A DNA stretch of 64,000 nucleotides, taken from positions 96,001 through 160,000 of the forward strand of contig JAWVXD010000002.1 of the NCBI GenBank assembly GCA_033723415.1, in the 5' to 3' direction. Below are positions 39,722 through 50,318 of the stretch, piece after piece. The notes below the pieces were generated by a model. It searched no databases. It was given only the letters and a program-made list of their open reading frames with translations, and was not told where the DNA came from. Source of the stretch: Sulfurospirillaceae bacterium (lineage in GTDB: Bacteria > Campylobacterota > Campylobacteria > Campylobacterales > Sulfurospirillaceae). The translations under genes were made by a program, and so were the position numbers. How positions within the stretch are numbered: position 1 is the first letter of the stretch; each line of letters opens with the position of its first letter.

Positions 39722-40260
39722 TTTTCGCCCCTTGCTACTTCTATATGCGTTGGTGTTTCATCCATTTTTACTTTTACCAACACTATTCCTGCTATCATCG
39801 CTGCCAACAGCATAATAGCCGCTAATTCAAATGGAACAAGATATTTTGTAAAAAGGATCAAACCTATCATTTGTATATTGCTTACTCCTTCAATAGAAGG
39901 GTAAATTGCTTTGATTTTTAAAGAGTAAATAGGTGCTAGAAAAACAAAAATAGTAAAAATAGACGAAAGTATTGAGAGTGTATAGATTGTCTTTTTATAC
40001 CTTATATTTTCTTTTACGTCTCTTGTTGTATCAAAGAACATCATACCAAATGCGTATACTGCCATGATCGCACCCGTATAAACTACGATTTGAACAACTC
40101 CTAAAAACTCTGCATTTAACAAGAAGAAAAAACCCGATATAAATATCATCCCTCCGGCCAATGCACTCAAGGCATATAAAGCATTTTTGCTAAATACAAC
40201 TATGCCAAACATCCCTATAACTATAATCGAAAACGTATAAAACGCTATTGCTTCAAACAT
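39718..40260 (-). CDS. nuoJ: NADH-quinone oxidoreductase subunit J
   Basis: AEFLGVVQIVVYTGAI and LFTKYLVPFE. Confidence 0.96.
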   Translation of the reverse strand: MFEAIAFYTFSIIVIGMFGIVVFSKNALYALSALAGGMIFISGFFFLLNAEFLGVVQIVVYTGAIMAVYAFGMMFFDTTRDVKENIRYKKTIYTLSILSSIFTIFVFLAPIYSLKIKAIYPSIEGVSNIQMIGLILFTKYLVPFELAAIMLLAAMIAGIVLVKVKMDETPTHIEVARGEK

Positions 40261-40267
40261 ATCTACC

Positions 40268-40882
40268 TCAATACGCTAATGGAGTTTTTTTAACAAATTC
40301 ATCAGCATTTTTACTTAATGCACCAAATCCCGGGAACTCTTTTTGTTGTTTAGCTTTAAAACTGTCAAGCGGCGTTAACATATCTTCTTTCAATCCAAAA
40401 CTTGCACGCTGTTCACTTGCATATTCGTATTCCGCGCCATGTACGATAGCAAGTTCCGGACAAACTTCAGCACAATAACCGCAAAATATGCATCTACCAA
40501 AATTAATACTGTACTGCGTGACTGATTTTCTGCTTTTCTTATCGACATGAGTGTCCATCCTGATACAATTTGATATACAGATCTTCTCACACAAACCACA
40601 ACCGATACAGCGTTCACTTTCACTTTCAAATAATCTCAAAAGCTTGTGAACAGCCCTGTATCTTGGACTCATTTCAAGTTTCTCCATAGGATACTGTACT
40701 GTATGAATATTGAATTTAAACATTTCTCTAAGTACTATCCAAAGTCCTACAAAAAGCTCACCCTTAACTGCTCTGTTTACTACTCGCTGAAATCTTTCCC
40801 AGCCGTTTGCAGGTTTCGGTTCACCTTCAAAATATATATATCCAGGAGTTGCATTTCTATTTTTAAATCCTCTTAATTCCAT
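40268..40882 (-). CDS. nuoI: NADH-quinone oxidoreductase subunit I
   Basis: Two 4Fe-4S motifs: [11 protein letters not shown] and [12 protein letters not shown]. Confidence 0.97.
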   Translation of the reverse strand: MELRGFKNRNATPGYIYFEGEPKPANGWERFQRVVNRAVKGELFVGLWIVLREMFKFNIHTVQYPMEKLEMSPRYRAVHKLLRLFESESERCIGCGLCEKICISNCIRMDTHVDKKSRKSVTQYSINFGRCIFCGYCAEVCPELAIVHGAEYEYASEQRASFGLKEDMLTPLDSFKAKQQKEFPGFGALSKNADEFVKKTPLAY

Positions 40883-40891
40883 TTTTTACCC

Positions 40892-41884
40892 CTAAACCAA
40901 AAATATGCCGGTAATCAGTATGTTTAAAAGTGCTAACGGCATCAAGACTTTCCAACATACCCACATAAGTTGGTCAGGTCTAATATGAGGCCAAGCTGCT
41001 CTTACCCATAAAAATAAAAATATCCAAAATGAAACTTTTATAAGCATCATCAAAGCCCCCGGTATAATCCAAAGAGGATTATACCCTCCCATAAAGATTA
41101 TACTCACCAATGCAGATATCGTGATCATATTTGCATATTCACCGATAAAAAACAGTCCCCATCTCATACCTGAGTATTCTGTCGCATAACCGGATACGAT
41201 CTCTGCTTCAAACTCTACAAGGTCAAAAGGAGTTCTATTTGTTTCGGCAAAACCGGCAATTGCAAATAAAATAAACGCTAATGGCTGTTTCCAAACAAGC
41301 CAATGCGAGATCCCGCCAATTTGATAATCATTCATATCTATCAACGAGAGTGATCCGATCATCATGATAGGAGCCAATATGGAGAGTCCGCTTACCACTT
41401 CAAAACTAAGAAGCTGGATAACTGCTCTGGCACCACCCAACAGAGACCATTTATTTGCACTACTAAGCCCTGCTAGCAGTGGTCCGTACATGCCCACAGA
41501 TGCTGCTCCCATTATAAATAGTAATCCGACATTTATATCTGACACTATAGGATGCACCGCGTATCCGAAAACTGTGAATTGTGGGAAATACGGTACAGCA
41601 GCTATAGCTACAAATGCTGAAACAACTCCTACAAGAGGTGCTAATATAAATATAGGCTTTACAGCATTTTGAGGGATGATATCCTCTTTTGTAAATAGCT
41701 TAATCCCATCAGCTGCTAATTGTAGCAAACCAAAAGGTCCGACATGCATAGGTCCAAGACGACGTTGCATAAAAGCCAAAACTTTTCTCTCTATAAATGT
41801 GGCAAATGCCCCCATGCCGGCAACAACCGCCAAAGCAATTACCGCCTTTACTATCGTTTCAATTATCAAGGCTGTTTCAATCAT
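40892..41884 (-). CDS. nuoH: NADH-quinone oxidoreductase subunit H
   Basis: ERKVLAFMQRRLGP, ADGIKLFTKE and AETNRTPFDL.E.E. Confidence 0.98.
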   Translation of the reverse strand: MIETALIIETIVKAVIALAVVAGMGAFATFIERKVLAFMQRRLGPMHVGPFGLLQLAADGIKLFTKEDIIPQNAVKPIFILAPLVGVVSAFVAIAAVPYFPQFTVFGYAVHPIVSDINVGLLFIMGAASVGMYGPLLAGLSSANKWSLLGGARAVIQLLSFEVVSGLSILAPIMMIGSLSLIDMNDYQIGGISHWLVWKQPLAFILFAIAGFAETNRTPFDLVEFEAEIVSGYATEYSGMRWGLFFIGEYANMITISALVSIIFMGGYNPLWIIPGALMMLIKVSFWIFLFLWVRAAWPHIRPDQLMWVCWKVLMPLALLNILITGIFLV

Positions 41885-44355
41885 TTTTCCGCACCTTTTA
41901 TAGTTACTTTTGAAAACCTATAGCCGTCTGTAAAAAACGGCATAACATCCAACTTTGTATCAAACGTAGGAAGATAAGGAATTTGTCCTTTTATCTGATG
42001 ATCCAGCTTCGTAGCAATGATCAGCTTTGCATCTCCGTTTGTTATCAACACAGGAGAACCGGCTTTGAGATCATGTTTTTCCAAGAAATCACTTGATACA
42101 TAAAGTGCACCTGCTTCATTTAGCTGATGAGCTTTATTTGTAAATGCACTAAACTGCATAACAGGATTTGCAAGATAGACAACCGTGCTATCTTCAAAGT
42201 CGATATCTTCTATCTTTTCTACATCATCACTCACCGCGCCAAGCTCTTTGTCATCTAGTAAGTACCCACGGTTTTCTAAGCCTGAATTTTCAAACTCATT
42301 TGGTAAAGAATCAAACTCTTCACTTTTATATAATTCTATAGAACTTAACTCTTTTGTATAATCAATCGTATTTTTGGCTTTTAATCCAAGAGCATTTGCA
42401 AGATCATTTAGACAATAACCTGCAAAAGGCACTGCTACATTTGTAGGGACAACTCTTTTATTCATAGAAGTAAATGTTCCCTCTTGCTGATTGAGGGCCG
42501 GCATATCCAGATCTGCTTTACCTAAAGCACTTAGCGTAAAATCAGCTTTTACATTGTATCCCAGTACTTTACTGCCTTCAGCCTCATCTAAATCACAAAT
42601 TAATGAAACACCCAAAGTATTTGTTTTTGACGGTATGATTAAAACATCAAAAGACGTATGTCTTTGAATTAGTCCTAATAGTTTTGATAGATTTGCTGCT
42701 CTTTTATGATTATATAAATCTTCTCCTGCTACAAGCGTAAAAGTATCTTTTTTATCTAGCATCTTCTCTAAAGTAGCGCTAAATTCTTCTTCGATGCCGA
42801 TGTTGTCAAAAAGTCTGTTGTAAACAACTTCGATCTCTTTTTCGACATTTTTGTTCACTTTTTTTACAACTTCTTTTTCTTCTCCGCTTTCTTCGTCTTT
42901 GACGATCTCTTTTACTTCTTCCTTAACTACTTCTGTAATAGTCTTTTTCTTTTTCTCATGAAAGCTCTCTAGATAATCTACCAAATCTTTTGATAATTCG
43001 TCTTTATTAGCAAATAGGTCCAAGACAAGATATAAGATGCTTTCTTCAACACCTACTTTATGGGCTACACTTGCAAAGTTTTTAGAGTAACCTTCAACTA
43101 CGCTGTCTGAAACAGGATGAAAATAAATTCCTGCCCCTTTATTCATGGTGACAGCATTATTGATCGCATATCCGACATTTGGATTATCTGTTTTAAATGC
43201 TGATCCGACACTTATTACAAAATTGCTGGCTCTTATCTTATTTAGATCAGCCGAATACAATGATTTTCCGCTGGTTGATCTAAACCCTTCCAAGAATTTT
43301 TTGTATGAAAAAGCGTCATGATTTACAAGTTTGTAACCAAATTTTTCTTTTAATCTTTGCAAGATAAGTGCTTCTTCATTGGTTATAAAGCTATCAAATT
43401 TGATAGTATCGGCACTCTCTTTCAAAAATTCGATCGCTTTTTTAAAAGCTTTTTCATCTTTTGCTTTTACTTCATTTTGAAAGTCGTATCCATACCTAAT
43501 CCCACCGTGAAGCGGAGCAAAGTTAAAATCACTGCTTACTCTGTATATCTTAGGATTTGGATTTTTTATATCAGTATGTTTTACGTCATAATAAATTAGT
43601 GAACAATCACTACTATGAGGATTTGAAGCAGGTATCTTTTTAAGCTCCCAAGCATTTGAAGTGTATTGGAAATCACTGCCTACAAGTGCTCCGACAGGAC
43701 AAACGGCAGTACATTCACCGCAATTTGTACAATCTAAACTGTCTGCATCGCTTGCTATACCTATCAAAGATTTTTGAAGCTTGTTCCACATCGCATATGT
43801 ATCTTTTGGTGCTTTATCTTTCCACTCTTTATCAAGTGCGTCTCCGCCTCTAGGAACGGTTTTGAGCGCCGCATCTCCGATCATATCCTTACATACAGTA
43901 ACACATCTCTCACAAACAATACATAAAGAAGAATCATAATGTATGAAACCCCAATCATGCGTCGGTCGGTGAGTATCGGCGATAGCAAAATCTTGTGTGT
44001 CGATGCCCATCTCAAGTGTATAGTTTTGAAGTTCACACTCTCCACTCTGATCACAAACTCCACACTCCAGCGGATGATTCAGATCATAGACCTTCATGAT
44101 GGCTTTTCGTTCAATCTCTATTTCTTCATTTTGAGTGATGACATCCATGCCATCCTTTGCTTTTGCATTGCACGAATATGCTCTTTTGCCATCTATCTCA
44201 ACCAAACACAACCTACAAGCTAATGTTGGAGAGCAGTTCGTTAAATAACACATAGCAGGTATGAAGATGTTATTTCTTCTAGCTATCTGAAGTATATATT
44301 CTCCCTCACTAGCTTCACATTTGATTCCATCAATAGTTACTGTAATATCACTCAT
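41881..44355 (-). CDS. nuoG: NADH-quinone oxidoreductase subunit G (epsilon type)
   Basis: CY...ACRLC, NHPLECGVCDQSGECELQ, CIVCERC and CTNCGECTAVCPVGAL. Confidence 0.96.
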   Translation of the reverse strand: MSDITVTIDGIKCEASEGEYILQIARRNNIFIPAMCYLTNCSPTLACRLCLVEIDGKRAYSCNAKAKDGMDVITQNEEIEIERKAIMKVYDLNHPLECGVCDQSGECELQNYTLEMGIDTQDFAIADTHRPTHDWGFIHYDSSLCIVCERCVTVCKDMIGDAALKTVPRGGDALDKEWKDKAPKDTYAMWNKLQKSLIGIASDADSLDCTNCGECTAVCPVGALVGSDFQYTSNAWELKKIPASNPHSSDCSLIYYDVKHTDIKNPNPKIYRVSSDFNFAPLHGGIRYGYDFQNEVKAKDEKAFKKAIEFLKESADTIKFDSFITNEEALILQRLKEKFGYKLVNHDAFSYKKFLEGFRSTSGKSLYSADLNKIRASNFVISVGSAFKTDNPNVGYAINNAVTMNKGAGIYFHPVSDSVVEGYSKNFASVAHKVGVEESILYLVLDLFANKDELSKDLVDYLESFHEKKKKTITEVVKEEVKEIVKDEESGEEKEVVKKVNKNVEKEIEVVYNRLFDNIGIEEEFSATLEKMLDKKDTFTLVAGEDLYNHKRAANLSKLLGLIQRHTSFDVLIIPSKTNTLGVSLICDLDEAEGSKVLGYNVKADFTLSALGKADLDMPALNQQEGTFTSMNKRVVPTNVAVPFAGYCLNDLANALGLKAKNTIDYTKELSSIELYKSEEFDSLPNEFENSGLENRGYLLDDKELGAVSDDVEKIEDIDFEDSTVVYLANPVMQFSAFTNKAHQLNEAGALYVSSDFLEKHDLKAGSPVLITNGDAKLIIATKLDHQIKGQIPYLPTFDTKLDVMPFFTDGYRFSKVTIKGAEK

Positions 44356-45179
44356 TAATTTTCTCGCTTAATAATTTTTGCTATTTTATAGTAATACGAT
44401 CCATCGCCATCAGCATTTGGCATTAATGCGACAGTGCCTTTAAGTTCATTATCCAACAAAAATTTTCTTGGATATTCCCCGGATTCTGTTATCACGAACA
44501 CTTCTTGATTATCTCCTATTTTGGCAGCTGTCATAAATTGACTTGAACCAAAGAGATATTCTTGTTCTTCGGCATCCAAACTAGGACAGGCATATACCAC
44601 ACACCCATCAAAACTGTGCAACTCTCCTATATCTTCTATCTCAAAATCATCACTTGCGCTTAACTGTATGCTCTCAGGTTTTGTGTAAATTTTAAACTTG
44701 CCGAACTTAACAAGCAAACTGATCAGTTTTGCTATGTTTTTATTTTTAGGGTGATTAAAAAGATCAGCTCCCACGATCATGATAGGGTTTTTAGTATTTT
44801 CGTATAAACTAAACATCTCTTCAATCTCTTCTTCTCCGACATTGCATTCAGCGCTTAGATACCCTTCATCTAAATTATCAAAAAAATCTTTTGTCTTGGC
44901 ATCTATTCCTTTGTTTGAAAGAAACTCTTTTGCCAAGATCGCCAACACGCCCTCTTCGCTGCCAGCTTCATATCTACTTTGAATTGTAGCGATTCCGGAC
45001 ATATTTACATCTTCTATAACATTTAGGTAAACTACATTTTTTTTATCTTTCAATAAAGAAAGCAATTCAACGTCTCTTGATGGCAATAATCCAATAACAA
45101 GAAAAAAATCACCATCTAGCTTGTCTGTAAAACTATCTTTATCTTTGATCTTCAAAAATGACATAAAGTTATCCCTCAA
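44355..45179 (-). CDS. Epsilon complex I subunit in the NuoF position (NuoY-like; no NADH/FMN motifs)
   Basis: YEAGSEEGVL and LDEGYLSAECNVGEEE; lacks the LRGRGGAGF and CGEET motifs of true NuoF. Confidence 0.8.
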   Translation of the reverse strand: MRDNFMSFLKIKDKDSFTDKLDGDFFLVIGLLPSRDVELLSLLKDKKNVVYLNVIEDVNMSGIATIQSRYEAGSEEGVLAILAKEFLSNKGIDAKTKDFFDNLDEGYLSAECNVGEEEIEEMFSLYENTKNPIMIVGADLFNHPKNKNIAKLISLLVKFGKFKIYTKPESIQLSASDDFEIEDIGELHSFDGCVVYACPSLDAEEQEYLFGSSQFMTAAKIGDNQEVFVITESGEYPRKFLLDNELKGTVALMPNADGDGSYYYKIAKIIKREN

Positions 45180-45414
45180 TCTTTGCCCCTGTATTCTTTT
45201 TAACGACTATAGTCCAATCAGCTTCATTGAATTTCAATGAATTCATAAGCTCATGACCTGCCTCTTTGATAACGTCCGCACTTTTTTGTATAGGCGAAAA
45301 ATCTCCAATTTCAAACATAAAGATCGAAACTTCGCCGTCTTTTGTCTCATCAACTATCTCAAGCATGCGATCATAGAACTTATCGCCCAAATGTCTCAAA
45401 TCATATCTTTGCAT
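45169..45414 (-). CDS. Epsilon complex I subunit in the NuoE position (NuoX-like)
   Basis: RYDLRH...FMFEIGDFS...LMNSLKFNEADWTIVVKK; 81 aa with no 2Fe-2S cysteines. Confidence 0.85.
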   Translation of the reverse strand: MQRYDLRHLGDKFYDRMLEIVDETKDGEVSIFMFEIGDFSPIQKSADVIKEAGHELMNSLKFNEADWTIVVKKNTGAKIEG

Positions 45415-45423
45415 CTACACTCC

Positions 45424-46650
45424 CTATCTGTCTATTTCGCCAAAGACGATATTTGAGTTACCGATGATAGTAACAACATCAGCCAAATAATGTCCCGGAA
45501 GCAATTCTTGTAAAATACTAGTATGCCAGAAACTTGGAGCTCTAAGTTTTAATCTATAAGGATAGGCTCCTCCTTGCGAATTTATATAAAAGCCCAATTC
45601 TCCTTTTGGAGATTCTGTTGGAACATATACTTCTCCGACAGGTGGTCTCATACCCTGTGTTACAAGAACAAAATGTTGCATCAAAGAGTAGTTTTGAGTC
45701 ATAATTTGCTCTTTTGGAGCAGATATGTATGCCGGAGCGTGTGCCATGATCTCAGGCTCACTTTTATAATACATCGGTATCAATTGTCTTATAATATGTG
45801 CACTTTGACGCATCTCTTCCATATGAAGTTTATACCTTCCGTAACTGTCAAATGTCATACTAACCGGCACATCAAACTCTACTTCATCATATAATTCATA
45901 AGGTTCTTCTTTTCTTATATCCCAAGCTATCCCGCTTCCTCGTAACATCGGTCCGCTGCATCCCCAGCTTTGTGCCATCTCAGGTGAGATAACGCCGATA
46001 TCTTCTAATCTCATTTTCCAAATACGGTTTTGGTCCAACAATCCCTCATAATCAGCTAGATTTGCTGGCAATTTGTCTATAAAATTACTTAATCCTGTTA
46101 TCCAATTATCAGGGAGATCAAGCGGCACGCCACCGATCCTGACTGAAGAGTGAGTCAATCTTGCACCACAGTATGCTTCGATCAGATCCATTGCATACTC
46201 TCTCTCACGAAATGCATACAAAAATATCGTCATAGCACCGACATCTAGGGCATGAGTTGCCAACCAGAATAGGTGTGATGTGATACGGTTTAGTTCCAAA
46301 AGCATCATTCTGATGACTTTAGCACGTCTTGGGACTTCAAGCCCGATGAGTGTTTCAACGGCAAGTGCAAATCCGTAATTATTTGAAGTCGCAGCGATAT
46401 AATCCATACGATCCGTTGTCGGCAAAAATTCATTGTAGATCATGTTTTCTGCCATTTTTTCCATACCGCGATGTAGATATCCGACATCAGGAACCGCTTT
46501 TGTGACCATTTCACCGTCTAACTCCAAGATAAGACGTAACTGTCCGTGTGAACTTGGATGCTGAGGACCAAAGTTAACGATCATATGATTGTCGTCCCGC
46601 TCAAAGACTAGATTTTCAAAAAATGGTTGTAGTCTATTTACTTTTTGCAT
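45424..46650 (-). CDS. nuoD: NADH-quinone oxidoreductase subunit D
   Basis: [28 protein letters not shown] and terminal GEIDR. Confidence 0.98.
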   Translation of the reverse strand: MQKVNRLQPFFENLVFERDDNHMIVNFGPQHPSSHGQLRLILELDGEMVTKAVPDVGYLHRGMEKMAENMIYNEFLPTTDRMDYIAATSNNYGFALAVETLIGLEVPRRAKVIRMMLLELNRITSHLFWLATHALDVGAMTIFLYAFREREYAMDLIEAYCGARLTHSSVRIGGVPLDLPDNWITGLSNFIDKLPANLADYEGLLDQNRIWKMRLEDIGVISPEMAQSWGCSGPMLRGSGIAWDIRKEEPYELYDEVEFDVPVSMTFDSYGRYKLHMEEMRQSAHIIRQLIPMYYKSEPEIMAHAPAYISAPKEQIMTQNYSLMQHFVLVTQGMRPPVGEVYVPTESPKGELGFYINSQGGAYPYRLKLRAPSFWHTSILQELLPGHYLADVVTIIGNSNIVFGEIDR

Positions 46651-46652
46651 AT

Positions 46653-47450
46653 CTATGGTCTCTCTTTTAAAGTTTTACTTGTATCTTTGCTCATTTTTTT
46701 AACCAAGAAAACACCACCCTCTTCTTGATAATCTGTTTTAACTATCTCTTGTGAAGGTTCAGCCCCAAATTCAACCTCATGATGAATTCTTGAGAAGTTA
46801 TATGTGTCACTCTCATCGATTCTGGCGCTGTCTCGATTTTCCGGTCCTATAATATCTCGATACTCTTTTCCGAAAATTTTATCTATCTCATACCAACTGG
46901 CTTCTTCATCTCCGTGAAGAGGATAAGTTTTACGAAGAGGATGTCCAAACCAATCATCAGGCATCAAGATTCTTTTCATATAATGATGTCCCGTGATAAT
47001 AACACCGAACATATCATACATCTCTCGCTCCGCCCAATCAGCACTTTTATATACGTTGGAAACGGTTCGGATCTCTCGTTTTTCCTTTATAAAAAACTTG
47101 ACTCTCATTCTTTTTCGTTTTGAGGTTGAGAGCATTTGGTAAAAAATTTCAAACTCTCCACTTTTTGCCAACCAATCTATAGCACTCAGTTCACTTAAAA
47201 AGTTATATTCCAGACTGTGTTTTAGAAAAGTCAAAACCTCGACATTATCACTTGCATTGATGTAAACTACAAGTTGACCTCTTTGAATATAAGCTTCTTT
47301 TATTTCAAAGATTTTTTTGAGTTCCATGACATCATTTGCGAATACTTCATCTGTTGAAACATCCAATTTCGGAACTTGAGGAGCTACCCAAAAGCGATCG
47401 GTGTAGTAAGGTTTTGGCTGTACGTCTTTTTTGTCTTGATATGGTCTCAT
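46653..47450 (-). CDS. nuoC: NADH-quinone oxidoreductase subunit C
   Basis: [11 protein letters not shown] and [18 protein letters not shown]. Confidence 0.97.
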   Translation of the reverse strand: MRPYQDKKDVQPKPYYTDRFWVAPQVPKLDVSTDEVFANDVMELKKIFEIKEAYIQRGQLVVYINASDNVEVLTFLKHSLEYNFLSELSAIDWLAKSGEFEIFYQMLSTSKRKRMRVKFFIKEKREIRTVSNVYKSADWAEREMYDMFGVIITGHHYMKRILMPDDWFGHPLRKTYPLHGDEEASWYEIDKIFGKEYRDIIGPENRDSARIDESDTYNFSRIHHEVEFGAEPSQEIVKTDYQEEGGVFLVKKMSKDTSKTLKERP

Positions 47451-47566
47451 TATACGCTCTCCTTTTTATTGAGCAGAGCCCAACAAAAATTCCTCTCACT
47501 GAAGCTACAGCTTTGCTGAGAGAAACTGCCTATTGTTTTAGAAAATTTTATATGTAGGCGTTTCAT
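47450..47566 (-). other. Structured insert carrying a 38-aa ORF ([38 protein letters not shown]) coupled to nuoB and nuoC
   Basis: Own translation: its ATG overlaps the nuoB stop (TAATG) and its stop overlaps the nuoC start (TAATG); GTATAATGA direct repeat at both junctions; internal hairpins. Confidence 0.6.
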
Positions 47567-48075
47567 TATACCAACCTCTTAGGTTTTAATTTTCTTGAAG
47601 CTCTCTCTTTCCTGATCTTCTTTTGTAAAATCATCAACGCATATTGCAGTGTTTCAGGGCGAGGAGCACAGCCAGGTAGATAAATATCTACTGGTATGAT
47701 ACGATCCGCTCCCTGAACTGTTGCATATGTATTAAACATACCGCCAGTATTTGCGCAACTTCCCATGCTGATGACCCACTTTGGTTCTGTCATCTGATCA
47801 TACAATCTTCTCATGAAGGGTGCATGCTTTTTTGTTAGAGTCCCTGCGATGATCAAAACATCGGACTGTCTTGGACTTGCTCTAAAAATAGTTCCAAATC
47901 TATCGAAGTCATATCTACTAGCACCTGTTGCCATCATTTCAATAGCGCAACATGCCAATCCATAAGTCATAGGCCAAAGAGAATTACTTCTTCCCCATTG
48001 GACTAATTTATCAACTGTAGTAAGAGCTATAGGAAGTCCGGCTTCTTGTAAGTAATTTATTTTATGCTGTGCCAT
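47566..48075 (-). CDS. nuoB: NADH-quinone oxidoreductase subunit B
   Basis: [23 protein letters not shown] and PGCAPRPE. Confidence 0.98.
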   Translation of the reverse strand: MAQHKINYLQEAGLPIALTTVDKLVQWGRSNSLWPMTYGLACCAIEMMATGASRYDFDRFGTIFRASPRQSDVLIIAGTLTKKHAPFMRRLYDQMTEPKWVISMGSCANTGGMFNTYATVQGADRIIPVDIYLPGCAPRPETLQYALMILQKKIRKERASRKLKPKRLV

Positions 48076-48455
48076 TCAAGCGCTCCTTTTTTCCAAGCAT
48101 ACACAAAGCCAATCGTTAGCAACAAAATGAAAAGTATCATCTCTACAAATCCGAACCAACCAAGAACTTTGAAATCAATAGCCCATGGAAACATAAAAAT
48201 GATCTCCACATCGAAAAGAACAAACAAAATAGCAAAGAGATAAAACTGTGCAGAGATTTTGTTGGGTTGCTTTGTGACTTCAGGCCCGCATTCGTAGATA
48301 GTTAATTTTAACTTTTCTGTATCCAGCCTTGCCATCTTTCTACTCACTGCTCTTGCTAATACAGTAATTCCGTAAAAAACAACTGTTGCAAACACAAGTA
48401 GGAAAAAGGCACCAAAATAAGGGTGAGTGAAATCCATATGCGACAATGGTGTCAT
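48057..48455 (-). CDS. nuoA: NADH-quinone oxidoreductase subunit A
   Basis: [19 protein letters not shown] and WKKGALEW. Confidence 0.97.
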   Translation of the reverse strand: MTPLSHMDFTHPYFGAFFLLVFATVVFYGITVLARAVSRKMARLDTEKLKLTIYECGPEVTKQPNKISAQFYLFAILFVLFDVEIIFMFPWAIDFKVLGWFGFVEMILFILLLTIGFVYAWKKGALEWHSIK

Positions 48456-48549
48456 GGAATATCCTTCTTTCTATAAAATTTAAATTTACATTTCGTCAAT
48501 GATATAAAAAACTTCTTTTAAACTTCCTTAGAGAAATTTTACATCATAT

Positions 48550-50283
48550 TTATTTCATAAACCCCATCGTCTTAGCCTCGCCGAAAGCGCCTTTTGTCTC
48601 TCTTTCAATGCTATTAATAAAATCTTCTATACTGAAGATGGGTTCATCTTTTATGGCAACACTTAGGGCAGTATTTTTCAACACTACCTTAATTTGTCCA
48701 CCGGTGAGTGGATAAGTTGCGAGTTTTTCTATAGTGAAATCTGCGCTGTAAAGGGCATTTTCCGGTAACATTTTCCTCCAAAGCTCAAGTCTTTGTTTTA
48801 GATTTGGTTTTGCAAATTCGATCTTATAATCAAACCGTCTTGAGAAAGCAGGATCTATGGTTTCTAGTAGATTTGTAGTAGCTATCAGTATACCCTCAAA
48901 TTTCTCTATTTGTTCCAAAAAAATATTTTGCATTTGATTATGCATCTTGTCTGCACTTGAGTTTGAGCCCACTCCTCGGGAGCTCAAGAACTGATCAGCT
49001 TCATTGAGTAACAAAAGTGGTTCACTTTTAGTTTTTTGGCAGAGGTCTTTATAAGTGTCAAAAATATTTCTGACATTTTTCTCACTCTCCCCTATGTATT
49101 TTGAAAGTATTTTAGAACAATCGAAGCTAAGTACTCTTTTCTTCATCGTCTTTGCTAACGACAGAGCCGTCATAGTTTTACCGGTTCCAGGAGGTCCATA
49201 AAAGATCACTCTGGCGTCTATTCCGCTTCTTCTCTCTTTAATTCCCCATTCACGGAGCAATCTTAATACCTTTGTATCTATCTGCTTTAGCAAATGATCC
49301 AATACTTCTCTTGTCTTTGGATGCAGGACAACGTCATTCATATTTGTTCTTGGATCTATTAGTTCAAATAACTCCTGCTCTTCTATCAACATATCCAATT
49401 TGATCTTTTTATTTTTCTTTTCTTTGTTTGGATGCATGATCTTTTGCAAAATATCTTCACTAATAAAAAAACTTCTTGAGACTCCTCCAAAATTATTGAG
49501 CATTTCATCATAATCTATCAGTAATGATTCGATCAATTTAGAGCCATCTTCCAATAGTGAACGGTTTTTTATCTTCTCATAATCATCAAAACTGATAAGA
49601 TTGATCAAATTATTCATATCTCTCAAACTCTCGAATTCACCGGAATATTCTTCTTTTAAAAGTGCTAAAAATATCAACTGTTCTTTTGGATTTAAGTCAT
49701 GTTCTTTAAAAATAGAATCTACGACTATATTGTCCTTTGTTGCTGTGATACGCTCATCAATCCTATTTTCTAATTCTTGCAGCCTGTTTTTGATCCTGCC
49801 TATACTTGGAGAATGCCCGGCTACGCTTTGTTTCAAGTGAGCCAATTTTTGGTATAGATCTATTCTTGAGAATTGATCTTTTAAATATTCCAAATGGTCT
49901 GCATAAGCAGTGATCTCAGGAAGCGTAAGCTCTAAAGTACCCTCTTCTAATATTTTAAGAAAAGCCGAACTGAGTGATACTGAGCTATTTAAGAGTTCAA
50001 GATTCGTTATCTCAGAAGCATTCACGTGCAAAAAGTTTTCTTGCGCTATCCAGCCTTGTTCCATCAAACTCTTTACTAAAGGCAGGCAGTCTAGATATTT
50101 TTGGTATTCGTTGGAGAAGACATCTTTAAGAATCTCCAAAACCATCACTTCTGAAGAACCGTTTATGTAGTTTTTAGCCAAATATTTGAGTATTAAAGCC
50201 TCTTCGATAGAGCACTTTAAGTACCCAAATATTTTACTGTCCTGTATGTTTTTATTTTCAAGAAAATCAATTAAATATTGCAA
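48550..50283 (-). CDS. AAA+ family ATPase
   Basis: GPPGTGKT Walker A, SKYIGESEKN, atypical Walker B LLLNEAD and ATTN...DPAFSRRFD. Confidence 0.92.
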   Translation of the reverse strand: MQYLIDFLENKNIQDSKIFGYLKCSIEEALILKYLAKNYINGSSEVMVLEILKDVFSNEYQKYLDCLPLVKSLMEQGWIAQENFLHVNASEITNLELLNSSVSLSSAFLKILEEGTLELTLPEITAYADHLEYLKDQFSRIDLYQKLAHLKQSVAGHSPSIGRIKNRLQELENRIDERITATKDNIVVDSIFKEHDLNPKEQLIFLALLKEEYSGEFESLRDMNNLINLISFDDYEKIKNRSLLEDGSKLIESLLIDYDEMLNNFGGVSRSFFISEDILQKIMHPNKEKKNKKIKLDMLIEEQELFELIDPRTNMNDVVLHPKTREVLDHLLKQIDTKVLRLLREWGIKERRSGIDARVIFYGPPGTGKTMTALSLAKTMKKRVLSFDCSKILSKYIGESEKNVRNIFDTYKDLCQKTKSEPLLLLNEADQFLSSRGVGSNSSADKMHNQMQNIFLEQIEKFEGILIATTNLLETIDPAFSRRFDYKIEFAKPNLKQRLELWRKMLPENALYSADFTIEKLATYPLTGGQIKVVLKNTALSVAIKDEPIFSIEDFINSIERETKGAFGEAKTMGFMK

Positions 50284-50318
50284 AACTTACCTCTATTTTT
50301 TTATTTATGGTAGTTTTT

